Below, piece after piece: positions 10,704 through 24,733 of a DNA stretch of 64,000 nt (position 1 is the first letter of the stretch; each line of letters opens with the position of its first letter). The notes under the pieces were generated by a model, which saw only the letters and a program-made list of their open reading frames with translations, ran no database searches and was not told where the DNA came from. A program made the translations under genes and the position numbers. The DNA is taken from the NCBI GenBank assembly GCA_973895155.1, contig OZ316891.1, forward strand, positions 13,671,037 through 13,735,036, read 5' to 3'. Origin of the DNA: Marsupella aquatica. Its lineage: Eukaryota; Plantae; Marchantiophyta.

Positions 10704-13700
10704 ATCTTCCTCTTCTCACATACTGCGCCAGTTACAGACGAATGCTTTATCATTGATCATGCAGACGAGGAAGGAGAGAGGCAAGGAGGTTTTCGACCGA
10801 TAAAGTAAATCGCTCTCACCTTTCAATCGATTTCACCTTTCAATTATTGTGTGGGTGGGCGATCCCTGTCGACGGGAGTTCATATATGTATGTAACATCA
10901 GACGAGGACTAGACGTAGGATGTCTGGTGGGACTCGGAAATCATTGCCTTCGAATCGAAGGCGATGACGTTATCAGAGGTCGGTGAGGAGAAGAGTTTTT
11001 CTGAGTGTAGGCAACAATTTTTTTCCTTCTAAAGTTAAAATTGAATTTGAAGGCTAAACGATACTTGCATGTTCGTTTTTAACTTTGATAGAGCATGTTC
11101 ATACTACGAGACTCAATTGTGAGCTGAAAATTCTGAAGAGTAGGAGAAGATCCAAAGATTAGGAAGTGGATGTTGATAGAGCATTTTCATATTACAGTAC
11201 TCAATTGTGATCCGAGAAACTGGGATGGACCTGAAACCATACAATGTTGTGGATAATGAAATCCTTTACAGTGTCACTTGATCTGTCATTTGCTCATGCT
11301 CTTGTGGTTTGGAAACACCTTTAAATAGGACAATGTGCTGGTTAGAGGGCATTTTTGAATAGGAGAATGTGCTTAAAAAGGTCAAAATTGAAAACACATC
11401 CCTTTTCCTCTGCTCCCCTCACAAAAACCTGACAGTTCTGTCCTCATTTTTACTCAGCACAACACTGGGGACAGAGGTGGGCTAGCCAGTAGCAACTTGT
11501 CACATGGCAAGAAGAACCAGTATATGAGATAATATTATCTCATATAAAATGGAGAGCTCCCGGACATGAGCTAATATTATCTCAAATATAAAATGGAGGA
11601 CGGGTTGCTAACTCATTTTGTTTGGGGACTCATATGGGGTACTTTGGGGGCCAGGTTACTGAAAAGCTACTCAATAGTATTCCCAAGAGGAGCAAGGTTG
11701 ACCACTTAAAAATTACACTTTTAGTCTCAACATTGGAAACTATTTTTTTCTAATTGGTGGAGCGCACAGTCATGACCTTGGTCTATTCACTACCCTTTGA
11801 CTCCCATGGTACTTCATAGTGTTCTTCTTCTGTTCTGATGCACTCTAGGTTAATTCATAGTGTTTTTATTATGTTGCGGCCCATCCTGGCTACTGACAGT
11901 ATCAGTCCATGGGGATGGATAGGGAACCAAATAAAACTCTAGTAAATTTAATTTTAATTTGCTTTCAAGTTGATGTTTTTCAAATGTTAAATTACTTTCA
12001 ATGCATATATTTAAAACGAAAATGCAAAAACATAAATAGAATGAAGAAAATATGAGTGAATAGTTGAAAACAAAAATTGATTTTTGAAAAGAATGCAAAA
12101 AATTCAAATATAATTCAAAAATAGATAGAATAAAAATCAATCTTTTATAACGCATTGTTGGATGCATCAATAAGCTAAAATATCTTTTAAAATTATTTTA
12201 ACAATTATCACCCGTCTAAACTGTTAAGATATTTTTTTAAAGGATTTTCAGACTTTCAACATCTGTAATGGCCTTTTGTTTTTATACAAACAAGTACTTT
12301 TCTGAATTAGTAGCATTGAAAATAATAATTATTGCACTGATAAAATATAAATATACAATGTTTTCATATAAATAATCTCACAAAATTTGACATCCTAACT
12401 ATAGCACAGACAATAGCATTCATATAAAACCTATCCACAACGAGGGGTGCTTTTCACAGCCACTATTAGCATTTCTATGTACTAGTAAATAGATATTCTG
12501 GTGAGGAGCAAGGGCTGTCCATGAAAAAAGTCCACTTTTGGTCGAAAAGAATGAGAATTATTATTTGCTAACTGGACCACTGAATAGTGACAACTCTTTG
12601 ACTCTCACATTCCACCCCATATTCCAATTTAGGTACTGGAGTGAATTGGAGCAGCAAGCTGTACTCCAAATTGTGGGAGACGGTAGCCAACAAACAGCTT
12701 ATGGACCCTTGAAAATTAAGTTCCCACTCATTCAATATGATAGTATAGACATTTTAAATTTGTTTCCTGGCAGTTGACATCTAATCCCACTCTTTCATGT
12801 TGAAATTTGCTTGTTTAAGTTGACAATGAATTCTATTCTCATGTTGAAATTTGCATGTTATCACACAATTACAGAAGTACTCAATTTATTAGATAAGATT
12901 AGATCAATATATATCCAGGGGAGTGGTTCAAGAAAGTAACCTTTGGAAAACCTGAAACTCCTATGGATAACAACCTTTGGCATAATCTCAAATTAGTTCG
13001 TGGACCCCCACGACGGTACTAGCTGCTTTAGGTCTCGGCAATCTTGTTGCACCAGAGGTGCGGCAGGTATGCTTGTTGATATTCCGTTTCGAAAATTGTT
13101 GATGTGTTATAAGTGAGTCTACCAGGATAGAGGATTGCAGCGACTTTCTTGCTTAAACTAGTCGCATGCTTCTCTGTCCGTCTGCCCACCGGACGGATTC
13201 ATCAACGGCAGGAGAACCTTTTTGCATAGGAAAGAATATGCTGTCTGAAATATGATCTCAAACAGACAGACTCAAATTCTGAAATTGTCATATCGTCATG
13301 ACGTTTGGTACAAGCTGGCTTTTGTTCTCATATGTCTCACATTAGACTATTTCAGAGTTCGGAGCCAAACTATTCCTGCTCAGTCTTGCCTGCATTCTTC
13401 GTTTCGTTTCCATTCTGGTCCTTATGAATTGTTCGTGATTCTGAGCGATTTTGCTTTCTCCCACTGTTCCCTCGTTCTTGCTTCGGGTAACCTGTTGTTG
13501 TGTCGTTCTTATCGCCTTCGATCAATCATTCAATGGCTGCTCTTCTTTTTCTTGTGTTCTGCTTTTAGGATCGAAGACTCTTCTGCCTTCGATCTCTCTC
13601 TCTCGGCTTGATTTCATTCCAGGCTGCTGTGGCCATTGACTTGAGTGCTTTCTCGCCTAGGGCTCAACGAAGCATAAAGCAGTTCGAAGAGAAGTTGCTA

Positions 13701-14329
13701 GGATACCCTTTGTGTGATCCGGAGTACAAGCAAGTGCAGGAATATAATTAATTAATTCCTTAATTGAACCAGAGGGTGGGCAGTCAGTTATTCGGGGTTA
13801 AAAAAATGGTTACAAGTCTATGATTACTTCAACATTTTGTTAACTAGAGTAAATAAAACGGTTACTTTTAAAACAGTTTTACATCAAGTTTTACGGCATG
13901 GCGTCCTTGATTTTACCAAAATCATGTCACAAACACGAATGTTGAAGCAAATTTTGTTTTGTAAACCAATATGTACCTGTTTGCAGCGCATCTTGATGAC
14001 GTGGCACATTGTGATGCCAGGAAGTTTGGAAGGGACCTCTAGTGGGGTCCCAAATGAACTGTTACTACCTGCATGGACCACTCAAAACATTGTTTTTAAC
14101 CCAGATGGTTTCTTTCCTCCATATAAATGCTCACCATTGTTTGAGAGTCAAAAACTGTTTTGTCTATGGGAGAGGTCAAACGTTTTAATCCATCTGAGCA
14201 TCAACTACCACAATGGAGGAGAGTGCAAGCATCATAAAACACATCTTTCTATAGCATAGCATGTGTCTCACCAGAAAGTCTCACCTTTTTCAGGTGAGAC
14301 ACGTTCACCACAAGACAAGAATGCGGAGT

Positions 14330-14612
14330 AATGAAGGAGCGAATGGGGTTTTATATGGGCAGATTGGGTCTAAAAAGCATTAGAAACATATGAGATAGAT
14401 GTGAGGCAAAAGGAATTGTTGGAACTCTGGTCTAGACTTAGCGTTCAAACGGAATCGACATCTAGTCTTCAATGAAGGAGGGAATGGGGCTTTTATATGA
14501 GCAGATGTGATCTAAAAAGCACCAGAAACATATGAGATCGATTTGAGGCAAATGGAGTTGTTGGAACTCTGGTCTAGACTCAGCGTTCAAACTGAAGCGA
14601 CATCTAGTCTTC
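14330..14612. repeat. About 141-bp tandem duplication
   Basis: aatgaaggag.gaatgggg.ttttatatg...ttgttggaactctggtctagact.agcgttcaaac...cgacatctagtcttc occurs twice. Confidence 0.85.
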
Positions 14613-15191
14613 GCCTTCAAGCCCGGACATTGTAGCTTGGTTGCTTGGCTTGATAAAGTTGAAAGCTTTTGAGATTGCGTCCATGTATTGATGGAACCTG
14701 CTAATTGGAGACGTAGAGACGAGCGTTTCATCAAGAGGCCTCTCCAATCCAAAGGATCTATTGGGCTGCTCATTGTGTCCCTTGGCAAATCGATCCAACT
14801 GCCTGGATCCTTTGGCATACCAAGTCATAAATTACGAAGTAAAATTAAGTGAACCTCGTTCTTGGGGTGTAAACAAGGGCGGTAGCTGGCCAAGAAAAGA
14901 AATGCGAACAGTTGTGCATAATAAATGGAAGCACATTCATGTTTACACACATAAATATCATGTCTGAAGATTGGTTTCATACACAAAAATCATCTCAAAC
15001 AGACTTCGTCTGACCCAGCTCGATATCTAGATCCGTTGGTCACAGAATTTGATCTGAAAATCGGTCCTGCAGTAGGCACAACCGCAGATCCTGAACCGTT
15101 GGGGAGTGCCTATCCTTTGCTGAAAAGACTTCTAAGATACAGCTCAGCAACATGTACTGGTCCTTCTCCAAAATTGCCGAATGTCCAGAAG

Positions 15192-17532
15192 TCAATTGTA
15201 TGGGATAGGTAGCATGGGTTTTACTGGGAGTCCAGCTTTCATTTTATAGACTGCATCAGCCACCTTGATTGCATCCTGGACAGCACTGACATTGTGGGCC
15301 CTTATGATGTTGGCCCCTCCAGCAATACCAACAACGGTAGCGGCAACAGTAGCAAAGTCCCGATCCTTCCCTTTTGGATGTCCACACAATTTTCCTAGGA
15401 ACCCTTTCCTTGAGGGACCTAATAAAATGGGTCCATTGGCTATAGCTTGGCTGCTCGTGACAGACAACTGTTCTCGAAAAGAACGCAGCTCCCTCATTAG
15501 TTCAACATTTTGTTCAGACGATTTTGCAAAACCGATCCCTGGATCAGTTATGATTCGCCACGATGGAATTCCGGCCAGCTCAGCATGCCGCACATGTGAG
15601 GCAAGTTCTGCAGCTACTTCAAAGCACAGATTGGAGTAACTGGTATTTGATGCGTTATTCATGACAATCGGGTCACCTCGCATGTGCATTGCTACATACG
15701 ATACCCCCAACTTCGAAACTGTTTGCCACATTTCAGGATCCAGTAGTCTGCAGTACGAAAAGCAGTTCAATCTTGATAAAAATGCGATTACAGTTTCCAA
15801 TTAGAACTCTGGTGTCAGAGAAGGTGTAAGTCCGAATAAATACAACTAAATACAACAGCGATCATAACGATAGGAACAAGAGTATCCTTCTCATGGCGAA
15901 CAAGACCTCTGGTCTCGGAGTTCATTGTCAAACGCATAAGGATATAGTGGTCTCTGCTGCTGGCCAGACTTTTTTGCTTTCTCAGAAGTCTTCTTCCAAG
16001 TAAAACAAATGCACATAACAATACAATTGACTTCCAGTTTACAATTAAGGCCTACAAAATAGAAAACAATGTACATGGTGATCGTTGAAATAGAGTGATA
16101 TCAAGTGGCGCTTACCCAGCTGAAACATCGTTAACGAGGTGAACTCCTCTTGAAACAGCTTCCTCGACGACCCTCGAATCAAATGTGTCTATCGAGAAAC
16201 ATACTTCCTTCAAATCAGGGGCGTCTGCCAACGCATCCAAAACTGGCAACAGGCGCTCCAGTTCTCTCACAGTGGTAAGCCTCTCCGCTCCAGGCCTCGT
16301 TGATTGTGCCCCGATGTCTATAAAGTCTGCTCCTTCAGAGACCATCCTTCGCACTTGTGCAAGTGCACTATCCACTTTCGTATACAATCCACCATCACTA
16401 AAGCTATCCGGAGTGAGATTCAAAATGCCCATGATGTGAGTCTTCTTCCCCCAATCCCAAAGTTTCCCACCAATTGGAGTCACTCTTCTCAGACCCTCTT
16501 TGCCCACACATTCTTCTCCACCGTTCTCTCTCCAGACCTTCAATAGTCCTCCTTGTAAGAATGGGTGAGCGCTCCAGTGTCCAGGAGGAGGACCCGCAAC
16601 AGTATCCCGCCCCAGAAGGTCGACCACGGGTGCCAACACAAAGGGACGCTCTACGAGCCGTGGGTGTGGAATCTGCAGCAGGTCTGTGTTCACAGTTGAC
16701 GATCCATAGAAGATTATGTCAAGATCAATAGGTCTAGGTCCATAGCGTAACCCACCTTCACTTCTACCCAGCTCTCTCTCTATGTTCTTCAGGGTACTTA
16801 GCAAAGTATGTGGATCAAGGGACGTGGTGGCTTTTATCGAAGAGTTGAGAAACACTGGTTGGTCAGTCACATAGGCAGGTGCACTCTCATAGAGACAGCC
16901 ATACCCTGTCACTCGGATGCCAGCTTCTTTGAGAAGCTCCAATGCTTTGCCGAAGTTGTTCACACGATCACCAATGTTGCCACCTAAGGCAATGACCACT
17001 TCCTCCCATTTAGGTATGATCTCCACGGCCCCCGACGACTCAGGCTTTGCAGCTCTTGCTAACCCCTGTCTGACCGTGAATGAAAGGATCAAAAGGAGAT
17101 AATTTAACAAATTGCACTTTTGTGACTTGAGTAAAAGCATTAACACTCGACCGAATACCAAATTTCAAATGCCACATGAGCAGAGATGTAAGACCTACTT
17201 GCAGCACTGAAAGCAAAGAAATAATCATCTTGGCTTAAAGAGGTGGATTATTCATGACGCTACCAGTTCGTCAGGGAAAATGATTCTGGACCAAATGTCG
17301 TTCGGCATTGTATATCTTACCCGGGTGGCAATTCAGTCGAGAAAGCAGTGCTGGCGCGACAAGCAAAGTGGGGGAAGAAGTTGTGCTCCTTCCATTCTGT
17401 GACATGCTTCTGCAAAGGCGGCAACGCTATGTATGTGTCCACCATTGGCCGTGCTCCGCAAGCCTGCAATATTCGTGACAGAGACCAGATTGTCCCACGA
17501 TGCCCTAACCCTATGGCTCGTCGGTGAGCCAT
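15192..17532 (-). CDS. HPPK/DHPS: Bifunctional HPPK/dihydropteroate synthase (folate synthesis), probably mitochondrial; exons 17532-17321, 17069-16116, 15747-15192 (about 573 aa)
   Basis: HPPK motifs VIALGGNIGDR, FLNS, RYGPRPIDLDII, IPHPRLVERPFVLAP. DHPS motifs MGILNLTPDSFSDGG, IDIGAQSTRPG, MHMRG, DPGIGF, GPSRKGFLG, IIRAHNV. Two phase-2 GT-AG introns are compatible. The N-terminal extension is basic and transit-peptide-like. Confidence 0.95.
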
Positions 17533-17996
17533 GACAGCCTTTCCTCACCGCGATGCCACTAAGGAGCTACTGTTGAGTCACAGATTGCTGCTTCTCATTA
17601 TCTCGGAGTTCACTTCCTTTGGTCCTTTGACCAAAACCGTAGCTTTAGTCGAACATCAGGTGCGAAGGTCCTCAGGTACAACAGCATCTCTCGGCATGGG
17701 AGACATCGTTGTACCAATTCCAGTGACTTCCACACGATCGATTCCAGTCGTTCTCTCCCAATAGGCTCCAGACTCCAGTTGCTCTTTCCCACTTCAATCC
17801 CAGTCGCTTTTCCTTACTCGTACACGGAATGCTAAGTAAGGTATGTAAACATGGAATTGGTCATGGCAAAATCATATCTCTCTCGCTCTCCTCTCTCTCT
17901 CACAGTTTCCCATAGGTATGTTTCAAGTTATGAGTGGAGCAATAAAGTTATCTCTTCCAGTTTCCCAATAATATGTGTCAAAGTTATAAATAGTAG

Positions 17997-18452
17997 AGCA
18001 ATAAAGTTATCGGGGCCAAAACAGGGGCCAAAACCGGGGCCAGATTCCCGGGGCGCTTTTTGGTGTGTTTCGTCAAACTCTCCCAAAGTTCCCCAGCAGC
18101 ACGTTAGTTGAGCTTTGAGCAAATAAGCAGGTGAGTGCAGGGCTTCATCTCGGGAAGCACCTCAGGGTGGAGTTCAGCAGCGAGCTATGCAGCTCAGCAG
18201 CGAGCTATGCAGCTCAGCAGCAATGGAATTCACAACGGAGCCTCAATAGCTCGCACCAATGGAGCTCAACAGATGGAGCTCAGCAGCGCAGCCATGGAGG
18301 GGAGGAAAGTTGATGCTTGGGCAGCTATGGAGGGGAAACATCGGGCCTGGGCATTAATGCTCAGGCACAGGCCCCTCTCACTCTAAGTCGCCCCCCATTT
18401 CGCCCCCAGTACTCCCATTTCGCCCCCTTTCGCCCCCGAGTACTTCACTGCA
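17997..18452. mobile_element. MITE-like element upstream of HPPK/DHPS
   Basis: Left end gcaataaagttatcgggg with ggggcc subrepeats; right end ccccgagtacttcactgc with cgcccc subrepeats (imperfect inverted ends); internal gcagcgagctatgcagctca repeats. Confidence 0.45.
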
Positions 18453-18539
18453 TTTTATTGAGATTCACTGGTGAAAGGGTGTGTTATTAAAAGTTGGGTC
18501 ATATTTTCAGTGTGACCGTTGAATTAAAAAATAGCACTA

Positions 18540-18860
18540 GAGAGGTCGCTCAAAAGAGAGTATGTGTCTGAGCTCCGAGGAGCACTTTTTCTAATGTGTT
18601 CGCCGACCTCAGGCAAAATTCAAAAACAATCTATTGTTTTCCAGACTTCAGACTGGGATTTGAGACCGAAGCAGAGATGTCATTCAGAAGAGCATGTGTT
18701 TGAGCTCCAAGGATTACCCTTTTAAAAATGTGTTTGCAGACTTCAGACATAGTTCAGAAAAACTCTCCTGTGTTTTGCAAGGCTTCGGAATAGTGTTTGG
18801 AGACGGCGGTAGAGAGGTCATTCAGAAGAGAATACGTCTTTGAGACCCACGAACCATTTG
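18540..18860. repeat. Degenerate about 135-bp tandem repeat, about 2.5 copies
   Basis: agaga(g/t)gtc..tca.aagag...gt.t..gag..cc recurs at about 18541, 18673 and 18811. Confidence 0.65.
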
Positions 18861-20850
18861 ATTTCCTGTGTTCGCAGACTTCCGACTAAGTTTAGAGCAT
18901 CTTGCCTCAATAAGGTTTTGTTGGCATGGTGAAAAAACAGTGGCGGTGTGCAAGGGCAGGATTCGTGGGTTATCTATTTGTTCAATCATGAAGCACATTT
19001 GATGGGATCTGAAGGAGGGAGCTTTTGAGTTTGACACCATTTGAACAATTTCAGAAGCAAGCAAAATTAAATCACCGAGGTCCGCCTTCCAGCCCGGAAC
19101 GCTTCTACTGTTTCTAACTTCTTTCAGGGGGCTTCACCCTAAGTCTTTGCCAAGCGTTTCGGCCAAGGTGACTAGCGTGTATAATTTTCTAAATGCAAGA
19201 CACAATCTACGAAACTCTGTACTTGACTATGATCCAGGTCGGTAAACGCAGTAATTGATTGCCTTGTCCCCCAGTTTTCTTTCGTGTGATTTGAAGGTTT
19301 ATGGAAACGTTATACAGGAAAATCTCGATGGGTGAGTTTCTAGATATGTGCAACACATAATAGAACAATGATAATGCTCTCACAAAACATTCTGGATGGA
19401 CATCAAAATGGGGAGAATGTCCTCTGCAAAGTTGACTAATGTCATAAAACGATGTCAAGCGTAGCTTCACGATTACTATAAACAAGTTTGAATTGTTGTT
19501 GTGGGATGGTCCAACTACACAGTTCTAGGAGAACTTTTCTAGACAAGAGGATCCTGAATGTCATCATCATCACTTCTGGCTTATTTGCATCTGAAAGCAA
19601 CCCTACAATGTCTCGCTTATTGGCATCTGAAAGAGTCCCTGCAATATTCAACAGTGAAAAGGGTCAGATGTGTCCCATCGCATGACGGAACCGGAGAGAA
19701 AACGCGCGATTGTCAATCTCTTTCAATTGTCGGCTTTCTTCGTTCCTAAATGCGACACTCTCAACATGTTTCACGAACCACCATTCCAATTCCCAATGGC
19801 AACTTTCGACAGGGAAGAAATAGATATCATCCCCTGTAGCAGATTGCAAAGTTGTTCCACATGGGACCAGTTTCGGGTCAGTTATCACACGTCGCCCTCC
19901 TCTTCAATACGACAGTACAGGACAGGACAGAACAAAGATAACAGAACAATTCTTCTGAACAGCTAGAGCAAACAACTGCGTACTTCACTAACAACTTGAT
20001 TTTCAAGATTCCCGACAGGTCTGAGACACACAAAGCAGTTGTATCCCATTTGATAGCATAAGAGGGAAGGGAGAAAATGACCCTTTAAGGCTGGAAGACA
20101 GATTATTTCCAAACGGTGCGACAACCACGTGTATATAGATGGAGATAAAGAGATGCCGCGAACAAGAGTAATTTGATAACGTTTCCACCTTCTACAATAT
20201 GCTTGGGAACGAGCTCAGGCTAGATACAATCAGGGAAAACGCTTCTCTGTTTGTCAGACTCTTCACTCCGTACATCCGGCGGACAGATTGCTCTGCTTTG
20301 AAACATCGGACAAAAGAGAATTGAAATTCTACAATAGCCTTGCTAAAATCCACTTACACCATGTGGATAGACGCAACGGTTTTGCGTCAGACAAAACAAA
20401 AAAACATGTCAACACCAACACCAATAGGGCCGAACTCAATGATTGGACAAAGGAGGACTAATCAAGGGACACGACATTTTCTGATGTGAAAATTCAAGAG
20501 CAGTGATGCATTATTGCTTCAAGAACTTTTTACATTCCTCAAGAGCCGATCAAACATAACTCCGCTATTAACAATTCCTAACTCTTGGTTGTATTTGAAG
20601 CAACTTAGATACGACCTAAAGAGACAAATACTTGGTGCATTTCTGAACGGGAGAAAGATCAGAGAAATTTGTCTTCAGCCTTAGAAATTTGAAGAACTAA
20701 GATATCAAAGCCAGATTGCAGCTCCTCAATGAGCTAAAACGGGCATCATCAGCTCACCATCTGCACGAGAATCACTGAACCAGCCTGGTCGGCTAGCATC
20801 TCGAATCTCCTCCATCAGCATGATCCCCGTTGATAACAGAATGCCCGCTG

Positions 20851-21135
20851 TCAGTGAGGGTGGTGGTGTGGGGGCCCGGGCCCGTAGCCAGGAGGGCGGC
20901 GATCATAACCGAAACAATTTCCTAAACCACAGAAACAGTTGCAAATCTCCTGAAAAGCATAACCAATGTAGCAAAGAAGGTTACAAGGGCAGCAGAGACA
21001 ATCAGCAATGGGATTGCCGTATCCTCCTCCAGGACCTCCAGGACCTCCAGGCCCCCACCCTCCCGGCCCGCCGGGATGGCCGCCCGGTCCTGGATGGTGC
21101 CTCGGCGGACCTCCGCAGCAAAAGTCGAGACACAT
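20851..21135 (-). CDS. Small (94 aa) Gly/Pro/His-rich protein with a central Cys-rich hydrophobic core (CYSTM-like)
   Basis: MCLDFCCGGPPRHHPGPGG...DCLCCPCNLLCYIGYAFQEICNCFCGLGNCFG...GPGPPHHHPH. The composition is highly non-random and resembles plant GPPG/Cys-rich small membrane-associated proteins. ATG at 21135. Confidence 0.75.
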   Translation of the reverse strand: MCLDFCCGGPPRHHPGPGGHPGGPGGWGPGGPGGPGGGYGNPIADCLCCPCNLLCYIGYAFQEICNCFCGLGNCFGYDRRPPGYGPGPPHHHPH

Positions 21136-21725
21136 GCTTGCTGTTTTCCTTCCTTGTCCTCTCTCGCCTCGCCTCGCCTCGCCTCGACTCGCCTCAGCTA
21201 ACAGCAATCAAATCAGGTCACCAGAGCAATCGATGCTGCAAATCGTCCACGAGAGCTACAGATCAGGTCACTAACATTCGGAACCGCAGAAGTTAACCAG
21301 CCCTATCACAAAACCTGCTGCTCGCCTCGACGACCTCGAGAGGTGAGTGATGAGGTGAGTGATATATCTGCAACGTCAGTGGACGAATCGAACAGACACA
21401 AACCCAGCGTTAGTTCAACAGGGAAGTCTAATTACGCACATATGACCGGGCATTTCACTGTGTGAAGTGTCGTGGGCAAGGAAGGTCACGCGCGTCCCAC
21501 CAGTCCAGAACTTTCACAACTTTCAGAGCTTTCAGAGCAAACTACTGTACAGTGCGTACGCATAGACGAGGCTGAAGTCCGGATTTGCGCTGGCGATGGC
21601 TGGTTCGATGATTTGCTCGTCAGCATGAGGCGCACTGCAGCGCGTGCCGTTTGCATGAATTCTGCAAGCTTCCCACGTGGCAGCTGGAGCGCGAATGCAA
21701 TTACACTAGGGCTTCTGAAAGTATG

Positions 21726-22150
21726 AGTACTCCCATAGCTAGTACTCCCATAGCTAGTACTCCCATAGCTCAAGTACTATGGAAACTAGTGTAAATGTTA
21801 TGGGAGCTGAGCTAACAACAATGCAATTACACTAGGGGTGTATGAACGACTCCATTAACAAGATAAGACTCTCTCATAACTCAAGTATTAGGGGGACTCT
21901 TGTAAAAGTGATAGGAGTTGATCTTGGGGCTACTGTAAGGAATGCTCAGAGCAGGCTCAACACTTGCTCCATGACTTGTAAATGTTATGAGAGCTGAGCT
22001 AACAACAATGCAATTACACTAGGGCGTATGAAAGACTGCATTAACAAGATAAGACTCTCTCATAACTCAAGTATTAGGGGAACTCTTGTAAAAGTTATAA
22101 GAGTCGATCGTTGGCTACCCAAAGAATGCTCACAGCAGGCTCAACACTTA
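21726..22150. repeat. 15-bp x3 microrepeat plus about 188-bp tandem duplication
   Basis: agtactcccatagct x3 (21726-21770); tgtaaatgttatg.gagctgagctaacaacaatgcaattacactaggg...caggctcaacactt at about 21790 and 21978. Confidence 0.85.
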
Positions 22151-23635
22151 CTCCGTGACTTTCCCGTAACATTATATGATACTGGAAATATGGAAATCCG
22201 GAAATCCAGGACTGGAACTCCAGAAAACCACGACTGAAGGCACATGGGATTTGCTCCTGACGAGGTGATGGCTGCTGTATTTGAAGCAATGGCTGATCAA
22301 GAATAGAGGAAAAAATATATGTGCTATGAGACACGTGAGGACATAAATCCTGCCTTGGGGCAGGTCAGTGCTACCTCCCCCATTTTTAAAATTCCATAAT
22401 TGGGTCCCATGACCAGAGTTATGAGATATACTGGCACGAATCCGTAACTTTCACGCTTAGAGACACCCCACTAGAGTCTTGAGCTCAATTTGGGAGGGAA
22501 AAAATGGCACAGATGCATCCTTCACACTTCCTTAGAGAAAAAGATGGGATGGCCCCTCCAGGGAAACAAACCCTTGATGAGGTCCCTTTGTTTGAAGTGG
22601 ACTCCCTGGGGCCCTCAGACCCTGCAGCCCATGCACATTCCCTACCACCTAGCCTCTTTCACCCCTGCACAGTTACATAGTCAACCAGAATATTACCCTG
22701 TAGCCACGTTGTCCTTTCAAGTCTATATTTAAAGGTTTTATTTTTTCCTAAAATGGTGAATGTCACCTGGTACACTGAAGTTGAAGATCCTAAGAATTTG
22801 CTTTGTACTATTTTTTAGATGAATATTTTACCATGCTATCTTCCTAGATTTAGGGAAGGTGGGAAATAAACAACAAAATTCTGACTAATTTAACCAAAAT
22901 GGTTTATACATTTTTAGTGGGGTTGTAGAGTAGAATTTGCACAAAAGCTGATCAAAAAAAATGAGGGAAGGGCAAGTTTGAGACACCCTTAGTATTAGTA
23001 CCATGGCGTCTCTTCGGGTCAGAATATCCACTAGGGAATATTGACCTAGGGGGTTTTGGTTTGAGATATATACCCTAAACTTCTTTAGGCCCAATAACAC
23101 CAACAAAGTCAGCCTAAGGCTGAAAGTGGATCAGCCTCAACCACCTACACATGGACAAGGAAGAAACCAAAACCTAATCTTGTACAAAAAGGTGAACAGT
23201 CCCATCACAACCATGATGTCTACTTACTGCCCTGCCTAGTAGATGACCCCAAGCCTGGCAATACCTAATCTCAAACAGCAACTCTGCTACCACTGTCGGA
23301 ATATTTGTATGGTGGCTCACTTTGTCATTGCAGTGATTTCAATCAATGTGTGGCTCAAGCTCCTAACCTTCCGCACAGTTATCATACGTTTCAAAATAAT
23401 GTGAATGGTCACAACAACTCCATGGAGAATGAGATGCAAAAAACCCGGTAGAATTAGCTCGAACCATGTGATGACATCTCTCAATCGAGATGCTGCTGAC
23501 TATCTTGTGCATGACAATCGAGATGCTGCTGACTATCTTGTGAATGAGAAGAAGGAAAACGGGGTTGCATTTTTGTGAGCAAATGGCAGTATCAATTTCC
23601 CAAAGAACAAGCATTCGCTGCCTAAACTAGGTGCA

Positions 23636-23742
23636 CCCCATACTTCAACCACAATTATAGAGCTTTCCAGACCCCATACTTAAACCACAATTATAGAGCT
23701 TTCCAGACCCCATACTTAAACCACAATTATAGAGCTTTCCAG
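23636..23742. repeat. About 37-bp tandem repeat x3
   Basis: cccatactt.aaccacaattatagagctttccag repeated three times. Confidence 0.9.
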
Positions 23743-24733
23743 TTTCCACCAATCTTTGTCACCAATTTTAACATTTCTCTTGTCAACGTGAAAGCACCAC
23801 TGTCCATCATCAGACATGGATCGACTTGGTTTCACCATTAAATTTATTTATTTTTGCTGAAATCATGGAGGAGACTGGCATAGTAAAGAAAGGGAGTGAC
23901 TCGAAACTGGAAAGAAGAAGTGAACGGAATGTGCAAAAAGGGATAACTCTTAGACACTTTCCCCTGGGCAATTGTGGTTTCAAGACACAAGGCAGAAGGA
24001 CCTACCATGAAGAGATGGGTTACCAAGGGAGATTTGTGTAAGGAATGAGGTTTATGCTCTGAACTTGTTGCTGACGATGGAGTTCATGTACACTACTCCG
24101 TTGGTACAGCATGTAGAGTAGATTGAAAGCTGTGACAGGGACGCAATGTGAGCTTCATGTCTATTCTTCGGAGAAATAGTGTGAATCCTCGCCACTTCCC
24201 ACTGTGACTCAGCTGTTAGTTGATGGGTGAATGAACGCAGCTGACTCCAGTAGAGAGGTGGGACAAGGCTGCCAGAAAGATGTATCAGAGATAAATCTAT
24301 ATGTTACCCTAGTTGTGGTGCCACGCGGTACACAAAATACCAAAACTTAACATGCAATATATCTAACTTTAAAAGTTAAGATCCTTGAAAGAAGACGTTG
24401 CGTGTCTTTTTCTATAGAATGACCCTACACAGAAGACTCCACGGGCCAGTAACGTGAACGACATGCTCAAACCAGAAGTAGGACGATTCCTTGGAACACC
24501 AACCCTCTGATGGAAGCAGTCCTCTTACGGAGAGGTATTCCTGGCTTCCAGTTGCGCAGTCGATAGTTCCGGAAGAAGAACAGGTTCAAATCTGTTCAAA
24601 TGACTCCCTAATTAGCTAGGCAGGCTCATATTTCTTACAACGCATGAACACGATTTAGTGTATACTCAATACGAGCATCAGATCATTACACATACATTCT
24701 GGCAGATATTCAGACTCTTGGTGAAATAAACAA

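Noticed and set aside
14262-14302. Hairpin gtgtctcacc...ggtgagacac as a possible miRNA or terminator
   Set aside because: The stem is only 10 bp, too short for a plant pre-miRNA; more likely part of a repeat.
23636-23742. CRISPR-like appearance of about 37-bp repeats (also the arrays at 59288 and 63733)
   Set aside because: Units are contiguous with no unique spacers, the context is eukaryotic, and there are no cas genes.
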